Shown in pieces: positions 46,658 to 58,711 of a stretch of DNA of 64,000 nt. Source of the stretch: Hyaloraphidium curvatum SAG 235-1 (taxonomy: Eukaryota > Fungi > Monoblepharomycota). The notes below the pieces were generated by a model. The model searched no databases and had not been told where the DNA came from. It saw nothing but the letters and a program-made list of their open reading frames with translations. Location: NCBI GenBank assembly GCA_025558095.1, contig JAIVFI010000007.1, forward strand, positions 434,001-498,000. Direction: 5' to 3'. How positions within the stretch are numbered: the stretch's first letter is position 1; each line of letters begins with the position of its first letter. A program made the position numbers and the translations under genes.

Positions 46658-48236
46658 ATGGCAAAGGGGCTCAATCCTGCCGACGTGAGGGTCGTCCTAC
46701 ACGGTAGTCCGGCCTGCGCTGACCTTCGGTTTGCCGGAATCGCGTCGCGTCGATTCTCCCCCGCCAGGCCGCCAGACGGGCCGCGAAGAAACGCGAGCTC
46801 AAGAAGAACAAGGAGGAGCGGAAGAAGGCCCGAATCTTTGCCGCAGCCAAGAGGGATGATGGGAAGCTCAAGCGCGAGCTGGCCGCGCTCGAGGCGCAGG
46901 AGCGGCAAGGCAAGCTGGACAAGGCGTCCAAGGCCAAGAAAGCGAAGCTGGAGGCCGATCTGAAGACTTTCGAGGAAGCTCGAGAGCAATTGGGCATGAA
47001 CCGGAAGCCAGAGGACGAGAAGGACAAGCCCAAAGTGATCGTGAAGATCCCGGGCCTTTTGAAGAGGAAGAAGGCGGACGAAAGCGAGAGCGAGGACGAG
47101 GAAGTGGACTCGCTTGACATTCCCGAGATACCCGAGGACGAGTCGGAATCCAGCGACGAGGATGAAGAGGAGGAAAGCGGTTCGGAGGTCGAAGAAGAGT
47201 CCGGCAATGAAGGGGAGGGAGGAGATGACGACGAGCCCGAAGGTTGGCCGATTGCTAGAGCAGTTTCTAGTGACATGCTGACATTTGGACGATGTTTCAG
47301 TGATGGAAGTGGATCTGGACGAGGAGGACGTGGTCGTTGTGGAGTTCGGGGACCTGTCGCACATACCGCTTCCGCCGGGCGCGCCACCGGACTCGGCAAC
47401 GAAGGAAGGGCCGCGGTTTTACCCGCTGCTGCATGTCAGCGAAGTGAGGGATAAGGCAGAAACCGTTGCAGCGCCGTCTCCGGCGGTTCCTGGACACACG
47501 GGACCTCGACATGGTCAACCCCACCCGCGACCTCCGCGACCCCCGCGACCTCCTCGACCTCCCTTCGCTCTTGGAAACGGGATGAATCGACCACCATTCC
47601 CCCCTTTCCCTGGCTTTCGACCGCCCTTGGACGGACGGCCTCTTCCCTTTCCCCCACCTGGATTTGCGTTCCCCGGCGGACGACCGCCAATTGGACCCTT
47701 CCCCGGGGGACTTGTGCCCCCACCGTTTATGCCTCGGATGCCTCCTTTCATGCCGCCCGGTTTCCCGCCCGGTTTCCCGCCCGCAACCGTTCAGGGAGCC
47801 CCGGTCATGTTTGGGCAGTCGCCGCCCCCTGTACCGGTTCCAGCTCCTGTGATTGCAGCTGAGCCGCAAATGAGGGATCTGCAAAAAGAGCTCACTACGA
47901 TGGTCCCCGCTGCGCTTTTGAAGCGCAAGAAGGGCGACTTAAGTGAACCGATACCGCAGCCGGTGCCAGTGCCGAAGAGCGCCCCCAAAATCATCGGCCC
48001 GGTCAAGCCATCGGTCAATACCGCGCCGGATGTGGGTGGCGATGATGCCAGTGGTCCTGTTCCAACGCTTGGGAGCTCCCTTCCGAACGTTCTTCCGGGA
48101 CCGAAGCAAGTAGGGCAGACAAAGACCAAGGTGGACGATGGTGAGCCGCAAGATGCCCTAGCATTGGTGCACTCGGACTTACGCATCTGCGACAGAATAT
48201 GAACGTTTCAAGAAGGAGATGGACGGGCTGCTTTGA
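46658..48236 (+). CDS. WBP11: WW domain-binding protein 11 (WBP11/NpwBP), multi-exon
   Basis: MAKGLNPAD..RKRELKKNKEER, IPLPPGAPP, IAAEPQMRDLQKELTTMVP, terminal YERFKKEMDGLL. Confidence 0.85.
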
Positions 48237-48257
48237 CCGCCGAATACATGACTCATG

Positions 48258-50177
48258 TCATTTTGCCGGCGTTCGGGCCATCGTTCTCACGTCCGCACAG
48301 ATCAGTCGAATGAGCGAACGGAAGTAGGACGTCTCGCCAGCTTCGGTGTATCGCGGAACAGAATCCAGGTTTGGAACGTGCACGAGCACGAGCGCTCCGC
48401 TGTCATACTGCTTCCGTATCAGTCCCAAAATCTCTTCGGTCGTGGTAGGGGTGTTGGTCGCCGTGGGGAGAATCGGGAGAAAGCATAACAAAGCCTTTTC
48501 AATGTTTCGAAAGTCAACGACCTCTTGATTGACCAGGGTCTTGCATGTCGTGAGGCTGTTGCGTTGACGAACGATCTCGTACAAGAGTTGCTCGGTCGAG
48601 AGCGTATCTGGAAGAAAGAGCTCCCCGAATTGAAGAGCAAAGTTGATAAGGGCGACGATTTGCTCGACGAGAGTCGCCGTCTTAGGTTTGTCCTTCAGAT
48701 CGGCGGCATGCGCCCCCAAGAAAGTAACCAGCCTACTCAAGGCAAGCCAAACCGTGTTGAACGCGTACGGAAGACGGATCCTGTATCTCTTCTGATGCGC
48801 AAAGCACCGGTGAATGCACTCCAGAGCATGCACGTAAAAGTCAGCAGGGAAGCCACGAATGCGCAGGTTGTGATTGATGGCAATCGCAAGGATGTCCAAC
48901 AGAGAATTGGCCAACGGCATAGGGCCACGGACCTTTGGCACGGTGGGCGGTTTGCTGCGGCAGATGTCCACTGTGAATCGCGCGTTCGCGTCATAAAGCA
49001 GCGCGATTGAGTCCGTGTTCTCCAACAGAAGGGAGACGATGATGAGCGCGAGCCGCGCGAACGCCATCTCCCTCTTCGTGCCGCTGAACTGGAAAACGTA
49101 TGATGCATAGGAGAGAAACTCGATTAGCGTCGAGGCGGCGGGTTTGCTTGGGGTCGGACCATGCGGCGACGTCGGCGACGGCACATCCGCACTCGAAGTC
49201 GTCGGGGTGAGTCCGCGAGCCACCTTTTCCGCCTCTTGAAGCATGGCCGAAAGGAAGCGAGCGTTGGAGCTGATCAACTCGTAGAATGTCAGGAGCGCGG
49301 CCTGCAAGGGTAGGCTGTCCTCGTCTTCGCCTGCCGTGGTACCATTAGAGGCAGGTCGCCACAACAAATCGGTAAGCATGGTTGAGAAGGTCCGGACGAT
49401 GGTGTTGGCTGAGTAGCTGGCCTTGCTAGTACCATGAGCAGCACCTGACAGTTCCTGTGAAGTTTGCCTGAATATAGTTCGGCTAGTTTCGAATATCCGC
49501 TCGAAAACGGGACCACCGACGAGAGTGGTCAGTCCATTCGAGTACAGGTTGTTGATTTCTCCTTTCCTGAAGTTTGCTAGCAATCCAAGAGCAACGGTGC
49601 TCCGCACGGAGAGTGCAAAGTCCGTCTCGGGGTCCCCGATCACCCCAAGGAGGCCGCCCAGCAGGTTGGTCTTTGCGAAGAAGTACTCCGTCAGAGGCTG
49701 CTGATTCAATGTCGTGTTCCCAGCAATCGTGACTAGGAGAAGGTTCACGGCCGCCAGCTTCAAGCTGCGGTCCGTCCCGGAAAGCATCGCGTCCAGCTCC
49801 TTTGCCAGGGCCGGAAACAAGACATCGGCATCGCCGAGGGATGCCGTCAGCAGCTGCAGGATGTCGAATGCAAAGTTGCTCCAGCTCTTCGAGAACACGT
49901 TCGCAAAAACAATGGAGAGCGTCCAGGCGGCGTTCAATCGCCGGAAGTGGCCATTCTTCCCCGCCAAAGTCGCGACAGCCTGCGAGACCAGCTTTGCAAT
50001 CACATTCCGCCTCTTGAGCAGCTCTTCCGTCGTCGCGGTGCCGATGGTCCTCTCCAACCAAATCGCGTTCGGTTCGAGCATCCAAAACTCTGGCCACGGC
50101 GGATCCTTCGAATCCTTCTGGAAGAGCCCTTCATAGTAGACAACCACTTTCTCTTTGAGGGGAGAGCTCCCCGCCAT
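48258..50177 (-). CDS. ARMH3: Armadillo-like helical protein ARMH3/C10orf76 (DUF1741)
   Basis: PLKEKVVVYYEGLF, LLANFRKGEINNLY, IHRCFAHQKRYRIRLPY, GELFLP...LLYEIVR. Confidence 0.85.
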   Translation of the reverse strand: MAGSSPLKEKVVVYYEGLFQKDSKDPPWPEFWMLEPNAIWLERTIGTATTEELLKRRNVIAKLVSQAVATLAGKNGHFRRLNAAWTLSIVFANVFSKSWSNFAFDILQLLTASLGDADVLFPALAKELDAMLSGTDRSLKLAAVNLLLVTIAGNTTLNQQPLTEYFFAKTNLLGGLLGVIGDPETDFALSVRSTVALGLLANFRKGEINNLYSNGLTTLVGGPVFERIFETSRTIFRQTSQELSGAAHGTSKASYSANTIVRTFSTMLTDLLWRPASNGTTAGEDEDSLPLQAALLTFYELISSNARFLSAMLQEAEKVARGLTPTTSSADVPSPTSPHGPTPSKPAASTLIEFLSYASYVFQFSGTKREMAFARLALIIVSLLLENTDSIALLYDANARFTVDICRSKPPTVPKVRGPMPLANSLLDILAIAINHNLRIRGFPADFYVHALECIHRCFAHQKRYRIRLPYAFNTVWLALSRLVTFLGAHAADLKDKPKTATLVEQIVALINFALQFGELFLPDTLSTEQLLYEIVRQRNSLTTCKTLVNQEVVDFRNIEKALLCFLPILPTATNTPTTTEEILGLIRKQYDSGALVLVHVPNLDSVPRYTEAGETSYFRSLIRLICADVRTMARTPAK

Positions 50178-50295
50178 GGGTAGCTTCGGCGTTTGGTTTG
50201 CGGACGCGATCACTCGCTGGGGACGGAGCCCAAAAAGATTGCAATCGTTTCTTCCTTGAGTGCTGTACAGTGTCATAGGATGCTATAGCCCTCCA

Positions 50296-53200
50296 TTATC
50301 TCCGCTTGGTTACAAAGGTCTTAATCTTTGTTCCTGGGGGCAACGATCAACCGGACAGACTAGCGCAGTCAGGACGCAACCTACCCAAGGTGCCGCTTTC
50401 CACCGTCTGCTCCTCGGTTGCTGCGCCGTCCGCAACATATTTGCCCCGCCCCAGGAACAAGTCCCGCGCGTCCTCAGTCAGCTCCGGCGGAAAATGTTGC
50501 GCCTGTTCCTCCCGCGCCTGCCAGGAGTGAAACCGCGCGTTGCGCGCTCTGCGCATGGCGCGCATGCTCTCGCCACTGTTCTTCTCGTGCTTGTGGTGGA
50601 AGTAGTCCTCCGTGTTCTGCACCCATGTGATGCGGTACGTGTTGACGCAGATCTTCAGCTCCAGTCCGCTGTGGGTCACAATGTTGTTCGGCGGGTCGTT
50701 GGGTACCTCTGCAGGCAGGTGCCTCTTGAGGAAAGGCTCCCGCCGGCGCGTGGTGTACCCCTCGGTCGCGTTGAGCTGCACGAAGCGGTCCACGTACAGG
50801 CTCCACTTCTCCTCCTGCGAGATGGTGGTATCGTCCGAGTAGTCGTCCTTCCCAAGCAGCTGGAACGTGAGGGCATTCTCGTGGGCAATCTGAGGAAGCC
50901 CAGTCAGACATGCCACCGCGCTGCGAGGGTGGATACCCACGAATTCGATCCGGTACACGTTCTCGTCGCGGATCATGTCCTCCACGTTCATCCGGTACTT
51001 GGCCTCCTGCCGAGGGCTGTAGGTATCGCGGTCCCTGTCCGCCTTGAACAGGGCCAGGAGCTCCGGGGTCTTCGGGTCCTGGAGGATCGTGTGCACCTGC
51101 TTCGCCACCATCTGGGCCAGCTTGTCCAGGGTGAAAGTCAGGTAGGCCGAAGTGCCAAACAGGTCCCTCGTGGCATCCTCAAAGTCCGCGAGAGCCTTTT
51201 GGCTCTTGGTCTGGTCGTCGCTGAGCTGTCCAAAGAGCTGATGGACCATCTCCATCATCTTCTCGAACCGGTCGACGCCGTGGTTCTCGGGTGCGGCTTC
51301 CTGGCCGTTCTTATCCAGAAGGCCTAGGCTGGCTGCGATGTTGTTGGTCCCCTGCACAGGGGGACCCTCGTTGGCGAGCTCCCGGCTCTTCTCCTTCATC
51401 TTCGCGAGGCGCGAGTAGATGGTCTGCGAGACAGGGCGCATCAGCACGATCTGGCGAGGCGAAAGAGGTTCAACCCACCCCGTAGAGCCGGAAAAAGACG
51501 TAGAAGTGGTTGTTGCCGAAGAACTGGTAGGTCGTCCGGGCCTTCTTGCGCCAAACGGTCTTCGGCACGACCTGTGCGGGGCTGGAGCCGCTCCCTTCCG
51601 GCTTCCCCGCATCATCCATCGTGACGTCACCGTCCGCAGCCGCCGGGACCGCGCCGTTGAGAGGGGACGGCTTGTCGCCGTACTCCCTGCCCGAGCGCGT
51701 GCTCGTGCCGGCGGGACGCCGCGGCTCGTCCTCGTCCACGTCGAAGTCCTCCACGCAGAAGAAGCGCCGCACAAACGTCCGGAGAAAGTCGTCCACCTTC
51801 CTCGAGTCCGCTTCGCTCATGACCTTGTTCGCCGCGGACCACTGCACGACGTGCCGCACGTCCCGGAACACGCTCCTGTCCTTGAGATAGAGCCGCAGCT
51901 GCGTCTTGTCGTTCCACGTCGTGTCCTCCGCGACGTGCAGGTTCGGTACGTGCGAGCTGCCGGCGATGGCCTGCGGGTGGTTGGCGGTGATGGCCGCGTT
52001 GGCCTCGCGCAGGCGCCGCTTCAGCTTCTGCTCGCGGTATATGCTCTCGATCTCGGTGATGAGGCTCTTGCCCGAGAGCATCTTCTTGTCGTTGGCCTTG
52101 AACATGACGCCCTGGTGGTCCAGCGACTTGTTGTAGTTCTTGACCTCGACTTCCCGCCAGACCTTGTTCCACTCGCGCTGCGCGCGCTTCCACTCCTCGT
52201 CCTTCTGCTTCAGCCGCTTGAGCACGATCGGGACGGCCACCGCGGGGTGGCGGTGCAGCGCCTCGATGACCTCGATCCCGCGGTCCTTGTCGTAGATCTT
52301 CTTGATGACGCGCTGGTAGATGGTCTTGCCTTTGTGGCCCAGGCCCGGCTCCAGCGTAAAGCGCGCCTTTTCGTCGGCCGACATCTCCTGGATCCGCTTG
52401 GCGATCGGCTCCAGCAGCGCGATGGTGTGCATGTTGGCCTCCAGGTTGAGGTCGAACTCGTACCGCTCGTCTTCCACCTTGTGCAGGGCCTCCTCGTACT
52501 GGTTCTTCTTGTGCGACTGGAACGCCTGCTCCTCCGACACGAAGATGGGGTGCGAGACCCAGGTGTTGTTGAGAACCTCGTTGCACAGCGCGTCCCGGCC
52601 GGAGCACTTGGGCACCTCGAAGTCGGGCGGCATCATGCGGTAGTGCTGCCCCGAGCGCCGGCACTTGGACATGTCCACCACGGGCCTCTCCGAGGGCGCG
52701 TTGAAGATGACGTCCATGTCCTCGTACTTGACCAGGTTCTTGAGCCACTCGTAGAGCTCCGGGCTGCGGGCCAGGAAGGGCTCGGCGCGCTCCACGAGCA
52801 CCTTGGTGTCGATCACCTCCTGGCTGAAGAGGTTGAGCAGCTTGAGGAACTCCTGGTACACGGGCTTGGGCATGAACCGCTTGACTTTGTCGAAGAACTC
52901 CAGCTCCTCCGCCGACGCGCCGTACGGCGCCGTGGGCGCCGGCTGCGACGCCTTGGAGGTCGTCGAGGACGGCGGCATGCCCTGCATCGGCACCGAGGAA
53001 CCATTCATCGTCCTGCTCTTCTTCTTGGCCGGCATGGTGCTCATGCTCTGCGGCACGCCCACCGGGCCGGCGTGCACCATGCCGCCGCTGGGGCGCTTGG
53101 GCACGCGCTTGCTGGCCATACTGCCGGGGCCGGGCACGACGGGACCGCCGCGGGGGCCGCGGCCGGGCTGGTCCATCCCGCCGGGGCCGAAATTGCCGAC

Positions 53201-54386
53201 AGGCGGGAGCGGTCCGGAGCGAGGCATCGGGACGGCCATGCCGTTGGGCATGGTGCCCAGCACGGCGTTGGTCGCGCGCGGGGGCCCCGAGCCCATAGAA
53301 GGCGGCGGGCCAAAGAGGCCACCGCCGGCATTGGGGGCGTTGTTGTCGGGGAGGAACTGCTTGAACTCCTCGAGCAGGTCGGGCGCACCCTTGAAGAGGA
53401 TCTGCACCTGGTTGTACACCTGCCGAGGGAAGTGCGTCAGGCTCGGTTTCCATCGACGATGCGGAGAGCAAACGGACCTCCTGGATGGGCTTCTGCTCTT
53501 TCTGGTAGGTCTGCAGGATCTCGAGGAACTGCTTGTACGTCTCGGGCTCGTTCTGGAAGCGGTTCTGTGGTGCATGCGAGCAATGAGCGATTCTTATAAC
53601 GCCATCGGAGCGAGTGACGAACCTTAATCTTGTTGACGTAGTTGATGGCGTGGTTGAACTCGACCGGCGTCCGCTGCGGAGGCATGGCGGGCGGCACGTT
53701 CACGTGCGGCCCGCCGCGGCCACCGGGCTGGGGAGGAGCACCCATGCCTGCAGAGCCAAAAGGATGGGTCAATGAACTCCGACACCGTTCAAAGGACGAC
53801 GTCCCCACCTGGCCGCTGCTCCATGTAGCCCGATCCGCCACCGTAGCCGTACGGAGGCGGCGGCGGGCCCGGCATGGGGGGCCCCGACCCGGGGCCGGGG
53901 CCCGGTGCCGTCCCGGCGCCCGTCGGGGGGCTCGCCGCCTCGATGGCGCCGTTGGTGCCCATCATCATGGGCGTGATGACCTGCACGGGCTGGTCGGGCG
54001 AGTGGCCGGGGACTATCCGGTAGCCCGGCGGGAGGAAGGTGTTGAAGCCGAAGATGAGGTTAGGGTGCCCGTTGAAGAGGGTGGAGACGCGCTCGATGAC
54101 GCCGGGGGTGTCGATCCTGCGGCGGCGAGGTGTCAGCGGGGCCGGTGGCCAAACAAACAATCGACGCACGTCTGGGCCTTGAAATCCTTCATGATGTCGA
54201 GGAACCGGTTGTAGACCTCCGGTTGGTCCTGGAACTGGATCTTGACCTGATCCAGGTACGACAGGGCATCCTGCAGAGGCGCGGACGCGTTAGCAAGGTA
54301 GGGAGGTTGTCGCGCGAGGCGGAGCCGCAACCCGCCTTGACGTTCAAGGGCCGGAACTGCTCCTGGGTGTTTGGAGGCGCCGACAT
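50296..54386 (-). CDS. SIN3: Paired amphipathic helix corepressor Sin3, multi-exon
   Basis: PAH1 [13 protein letters not shown]...[12 protein letters not shown]2 [16 protein letters not shown]3, [16 protein letters not shown]...KNQYEE. Confidence 0.97.
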
Positions 54387-55286
54387 CTTGGCCCGGCTCT
54401 GCTACGGCAGGGGGAGGCGATGCGTGGATGGCGGGGGACGGGAGGTGGCGGGGAGTCGGGCAACGGAAGACCTGCACCGAGGCGCGCCCCGAAACGATGG
54501 GTGATGAGAAGACGCTCTCCCAAGTCCCGCGACGCGGCGAGACACCCACCACGCCGATCGCCGAGGAAGGGGCAAGGTGCGAGCGGAGGGCCCTAGTGGG
54601 GACGCGGGAACCAAGCGTCAGAGTGCCGGCAAAAGCGGGGTAGCAGGCCGCGCCGGCGCATGCCGGTGGACCGCCGTGCCCGCGCGCACTCGCTGAGCGC
54701 AGCCGCGTGCGCCGGCGTCCGCTGTTTGGCGCGCCGCGGACGAGCCGGGATTGTGCGCCGCGCGACCCTTGCGCACGCGGGGCGCCCGGGCCGCGGCAGC
54801 CCACCGGCCCCGCGCCGCGCGGCATCCGACGCACGCGGCCGAGCGGCGGCGGGGCCCAGCGGGGCTCGCAGCGCCATTCCGCGGTGCACCGGTGTCCGGC
54901 GCATCCCGGGCTGGTGCGGCCTCCTCGCCGCGGCGGCCGCGCGGGGGCCGTGGGGCCGCTACGGCCCGGCGTGCGCTCGGCGGCGCCGCTCCGCACTCGC
55001 CAGCACCGCACACTCACCGATCCTGCGCCGCTCCCGGCTGCGCCCGCTCCCGGTTGTTGCTCCTCTCAGCGGTGAGGTTGCGGCGCTTGCTCGAAAGCGG
55101 GGCCCTGCCGGGCTTCGGCCGCGCGGGGGCGTGCGGCTGTGCGCACGACGAACGCGCGCTCCGCGGGGCGCCTCCCCGGCTCGGCCGGTGGCTGCGAATG
55201 GGCGTCCGGTAGTGTGCCGACGAACGCGGGGCCAAATCGACCTGGCTGACGCGCCGCCCCTCGCCCTCGTTCACTCCTCCAAAGCA

Positions 55287-56000
55287 ATGGTCTCCCGCGA
55301 TCCGAGCACCGGCGAGCCCGATCCCGCGGCCGAAACTTCTCCGGACGCAGGCGACGAGAGCGACGTCGAGGATCCCTACCCGGAGATGGACGTTGACGCC
55401 GCCATCCGCTTCCTGATCGAGGACGACGGCGCGACCCGCGTCCCGCCCCACATCCTGCTCGGACCCGGCTACGGGCCGCCCTCCGCCGGCGGGGAGACGG
55501 GCGACGGACATGCCGTCAACGGCCGCCGATCGCCGCCCGGGATTCGCCAGATCAACGGGGCCGAGCATCCCGACTCCGACTCGGACGAGGCGCCCGCCCA
55601 GGACGGGGACTTTGGGTACGAGCCGCTGCCGGACGGCGGATCCGATGCCGGGGATGCAGAGGAGGGTTGGGCGGGGGAGCACGGATCCGGGGACCCGGGG
55701 CTGTCCGAACCGCACGCGATTTTTACAGTGGAGAGGGACCTGCAGGAAGCGTCGGCAGGCGCCGAGCTGAGTAGTGGTGCTCCGTCTGCCGAAGCCGCGG
55801 CCGGGCGATCGCTCGACATGGACCGCGAGGACCAGAACCTCATAAAGGCTGTCATGAACGGGATCAGCCTCCCCGCGCCGGCATGGGCGGCCGACGGCGC
55901 CTGGGAGGCGCGCATGGAGGAGATGGTGGCGGACCTGCGCCGGCGGCAGCCAGCCAGAGATGCGGCCGGCGAGGTGGAAGGCCAAGAATCTTCGAAATAG
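55287..56000 (+). CDS. MEA1: Male-enhanced antigen 1-like protein
   Basis: Acidic region, GYEPL, C-terminal MDREDQNLIKAVMNGISLPAPAWA. Confidence 0.7.
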   Translation: MVSRDPSTGEPDPAAETSPDAGDESDVEDPYPEMDVDAAIRFLIEDDGATRVPPHILLGPGYGPPSAGGETGDGHAVNGRRSPPGIRQINGAEHPDSDSDEAPAQDGDFGYEPLPDGGSDAGDAEEGWAGEHGSGDPGLSEPHAIFTVERDLQEASAGAELSSGAPSAEAAAGRSLDMDREDQNLIKAVMNGISLPAPAWAADGAWEARMEEMVADLRRRQPARDAAGEVEGQESSK

Positions 56001-56025
56001 ATTGCGCTCATTAAGTAGCCCGCTC

Positions 56026-56772
56026 CTACATCTGCCAAAACTCCCGCGCCTGCACGTCGCTCCGGAATACCACCTCCACTCGCCGGACGCGGTGCAGCTT
56101 CCCGAACGACTCGAGCCCCTCCAGCGCCAGCGGCAGCGGCTCCTGCACCGTCTCCACCGTATCGTCAAACAGAAGGTCCTCCTCCGTCAGCGGTCTCGGC
56201 TGCGGCGGTCGCACAGGCACCGGATCCCACAGCGCGACGCGCGACAGCTGGGGCATGGCGTTCAGCGCCGCGCTGAACGGGAACTGGCCCCGCGCCGAGA
56301 TCCACGCCAGCGTCGTGGGGCGGATAGGCACCTCGTGCAGGTGCAGCGTGCGCAGGTGCGGGCGCACGCACGGGTGCGAGAGCACGGCGGGCAGGCGCTC
56401 GGCTACGAACTTGAGCGGGTCGCCGCCGCGCTTCGCGGGGGGCTCCTTGCTCCCCGGCAGCGCGCCGCGGCCAAAGGCGACCAGGTGGAGGTGCCTCACC
56501 CTCGGCCGTCCCTCGGGGCCGGACCGGTCCGAGACGAGGGAAACGTAGCCGAGCATGTCACTGAGCCTCTCCACGCGAGTCCAGATGTTGCGCTCCAGGA
56601 TCCGGGCAAAGGGCGCCGCAATCCAGAGTTCCTTGCATGCCGCGGCGAGGCGCAAGGCCGAGACGAGGTCCAAATGCGCGGCAAAGATCAGGAGCAGAAC
56701 GTCTCTGAAGCGGGGAGACAGGAGGGGAGGCACGGCGGGCACAGCGACCTGCAGTTGCTCGATCCCGGCCAT
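56026..56772 (-). CDS. Hypothetical protein with F-box-like N-terminus
   Basis: FRDVLLLIFAAHLDLVSALRLAAACKELW; LRR-like LRTLHL. Confidence 0.55.
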   Translation of the reverse strand: MAGIEQLQVAVPAVPPLLSPRFRDVLLLIFAAHLDLVSALRLAAACKELWIAAPFARILERNIWTRVERLSDMLGYVSLVSDRSGPEGRPRVRHLHLVAFGRGALPGSKEPPAKRGGDPLKFVAERLPAVLSHPCVRPHLRTLHLHEVPIRPTTLAWISARGQFPFSAALNAMPQLSRVALWDPVPVRPPQPRPLTEEDLLFDDTVETVQEPLPLALEGLESFGKLHRVRRVEVVFRSDVQAREFWQM

Positions 56773-56932
56773 GTTTCCTGTCTTCAATAGCAAAGAAATC
56801 TTTTCGACGCGCAGGCGAGTCCGACCGACGTGCTTGACGGACAACTCCGGGCGCGACTGGGGCGCGCAGCCAACACCGCTCAAGTCAACAACGGTTGATT
56901 TGAGACGCACTCCAAGGCACCAACAGACGACG

Positions 56933-57717
56933 ATGCAGGGCCATGAGGAGAAGATAAACGCAAATCCGGTCATTTACGACGTGTCGGAGCGGCGCAAGCC
57001 CCGGCCCGAGCGGCAGCGCAAGCCGAAGCGCTTCGCGGCCCAGCTCCCGCTGACCGCTGACCAGTTCGGGGCCGTGGACCTGCTCGTGGGCACCGAGGAC
57101 GACCGGGAGGGCGACGAGGACGGGGAGGAGGAGCGGGAGGACATCGACCAGGAGGAGATCTTTGACCTGATTCGGAACATCAACGACCCGGAGCACGTGG
57201 GATCGGCCCTATGCCGTCGAGCTCGGAAGCCTGACATCGCGGGTTGCGCGGCAGCCCTTGACCCTGGAGCAGCTCAACGTGACGCAGCAGGAGCTCATCG
57301 ACGTCTCGGATGCCGAGAACAAGATCAAGGTGCGGTTCGTTCCGACCATCCCCCACTGCAGGTTCGTATATTGGTTCTTGGTCCCGGGTCGCGCCTCACC
57401 ACGATTTGGCTCCCAGCATGGCCACCCTCATTGGCCTGTGCATTCGCGTGAAGCTGCTCCGGAGCCTGCCGAGCAGATTCAAGGTCGACATCAAGGTGAT
57501 GGAGGGGAGCCACGCGAGCGAGAACCAGGGTAGGCCCATGTCCGGCGCCCCCCATGCCTCATCTCACTCGTTTCTGCCGCCTTCAGTGAACAAGCAGCTG
57601 AATGACAAGGAGCGCGTCGCGGCTGCCCTGGAAAACTCGCACCTCCTGGAGGTCGTGAACAAGTGCCTCGCGACGACGATCCCGCGCCGCGAAGAGCCGA
57701 GCGCGGCGGCGGCGTGA
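56933..57717 (+). CDS. CIA2: Cytosolic Fe-S assembly factor CIA2/MIP18 (FAM96B)
   Basis: [22 protein letters not shown]|[15 protein letters not shown]|[24 protein letters not shown]. Confidence 0.96.
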
Positions 57718-57833
57718 TGTCGTGGACGGACAGTTCGAGAGGTGCTCAGGGGCACGGGAGCAGTAGGTTTGTGTGTCAATTCTCAATTCCAGATGACGTC
57801 GCCAACTCGTCCCAAGAACGCCGGATAGAGTCG

Positions 57834-58614
57834 TCACGCTTTCGGCTGCTTGGCGTACTTTGCCTTGCCTGCCTCCGAGACCACGCAGACGTGCTCCAGC
57901 TCGCGACCGAGTTCGTCTGCGGTGGCCGATCATCTCACTTCTACCTCGGACGCGCCCGACGGCACCCACTGTAGTCGAGCCCGTAACCGACCAGGAAAAG
58001 GTCCGGAACAGCGAAACCGGCATAGTCCGGCTTGAAGCCGTTCGATCGAGAGGTCTTCTTGAGCACGAGCGTGGCAACGCGCACGCTCTTTGCCCCGCAG
58101 TCCTTTTCGAGCTTTGCCTTCAGCTTGACCAACGTTTTGCCCGTATCCACAATGTCCTCGACCAAAAGAAGATTCTCTCCTCGAAACGTCTCCAAGTCCG
58201 TCAGGCTCGTGATTTGCAGTTCACCAGATTTGTCCCCGTGGTAGCTCTCCGCCCTAATGAACTCCAGGCGAATCGGAACCTCGTAGCCTTCCCGGGACGA
58301 GTACCGCTTTATTTGCTTTGCCAGCTCCGCGAAGAACGTGAAGGCGCCCTTTTGGACGATGAATGCCTCAGTGGCGCCCCAGGTAGCTCCGTGATTGCAC
58401 ACACCTTCAAAACGCAGACCATAACCAGGGGCCCGGGCTCCGAAGCCACGATCTGCTGGGCCAGTCGCTCGACGCGGTCCAGGATCAGGCCCCTGGGAAC
58501 CATGACCGACGCGATGCCCTCCCGCAGATAAGCCGGGATCACGAAGTGCGAAGGGTCCCATTGATCGCTCTCGTCCAAATCGATCCAGTCGCCGGAAAAG
58601 TCCAGCTCGGCCAT
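57834..58614 (-). CDS. HPRT1: Hypoxanthine-guanine phosphoribosyltransferase (animal/bacterial type), multi-exon
   Basis: [16 protein letters not shown]|[36 protein letters not shown]. Confidence 0.93.
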
Positions 58615-58711
58615 CGCGATGGCGCGGTATCAGGCCGCAGGAACGCGTCCGGCGAACCTGATTGATCGCGAGAGTCTGGAACATCTCAGGATTCTCGAGA
58701 GCGACCACGAT

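Noticed and set aside
54660-55286. N-terminal extension of the MEA1 ORF
   Set aside because: Low-complexity Arg/Ala/Pro translation of GC-rich DNA; the ATG at 55287 is more plausible.
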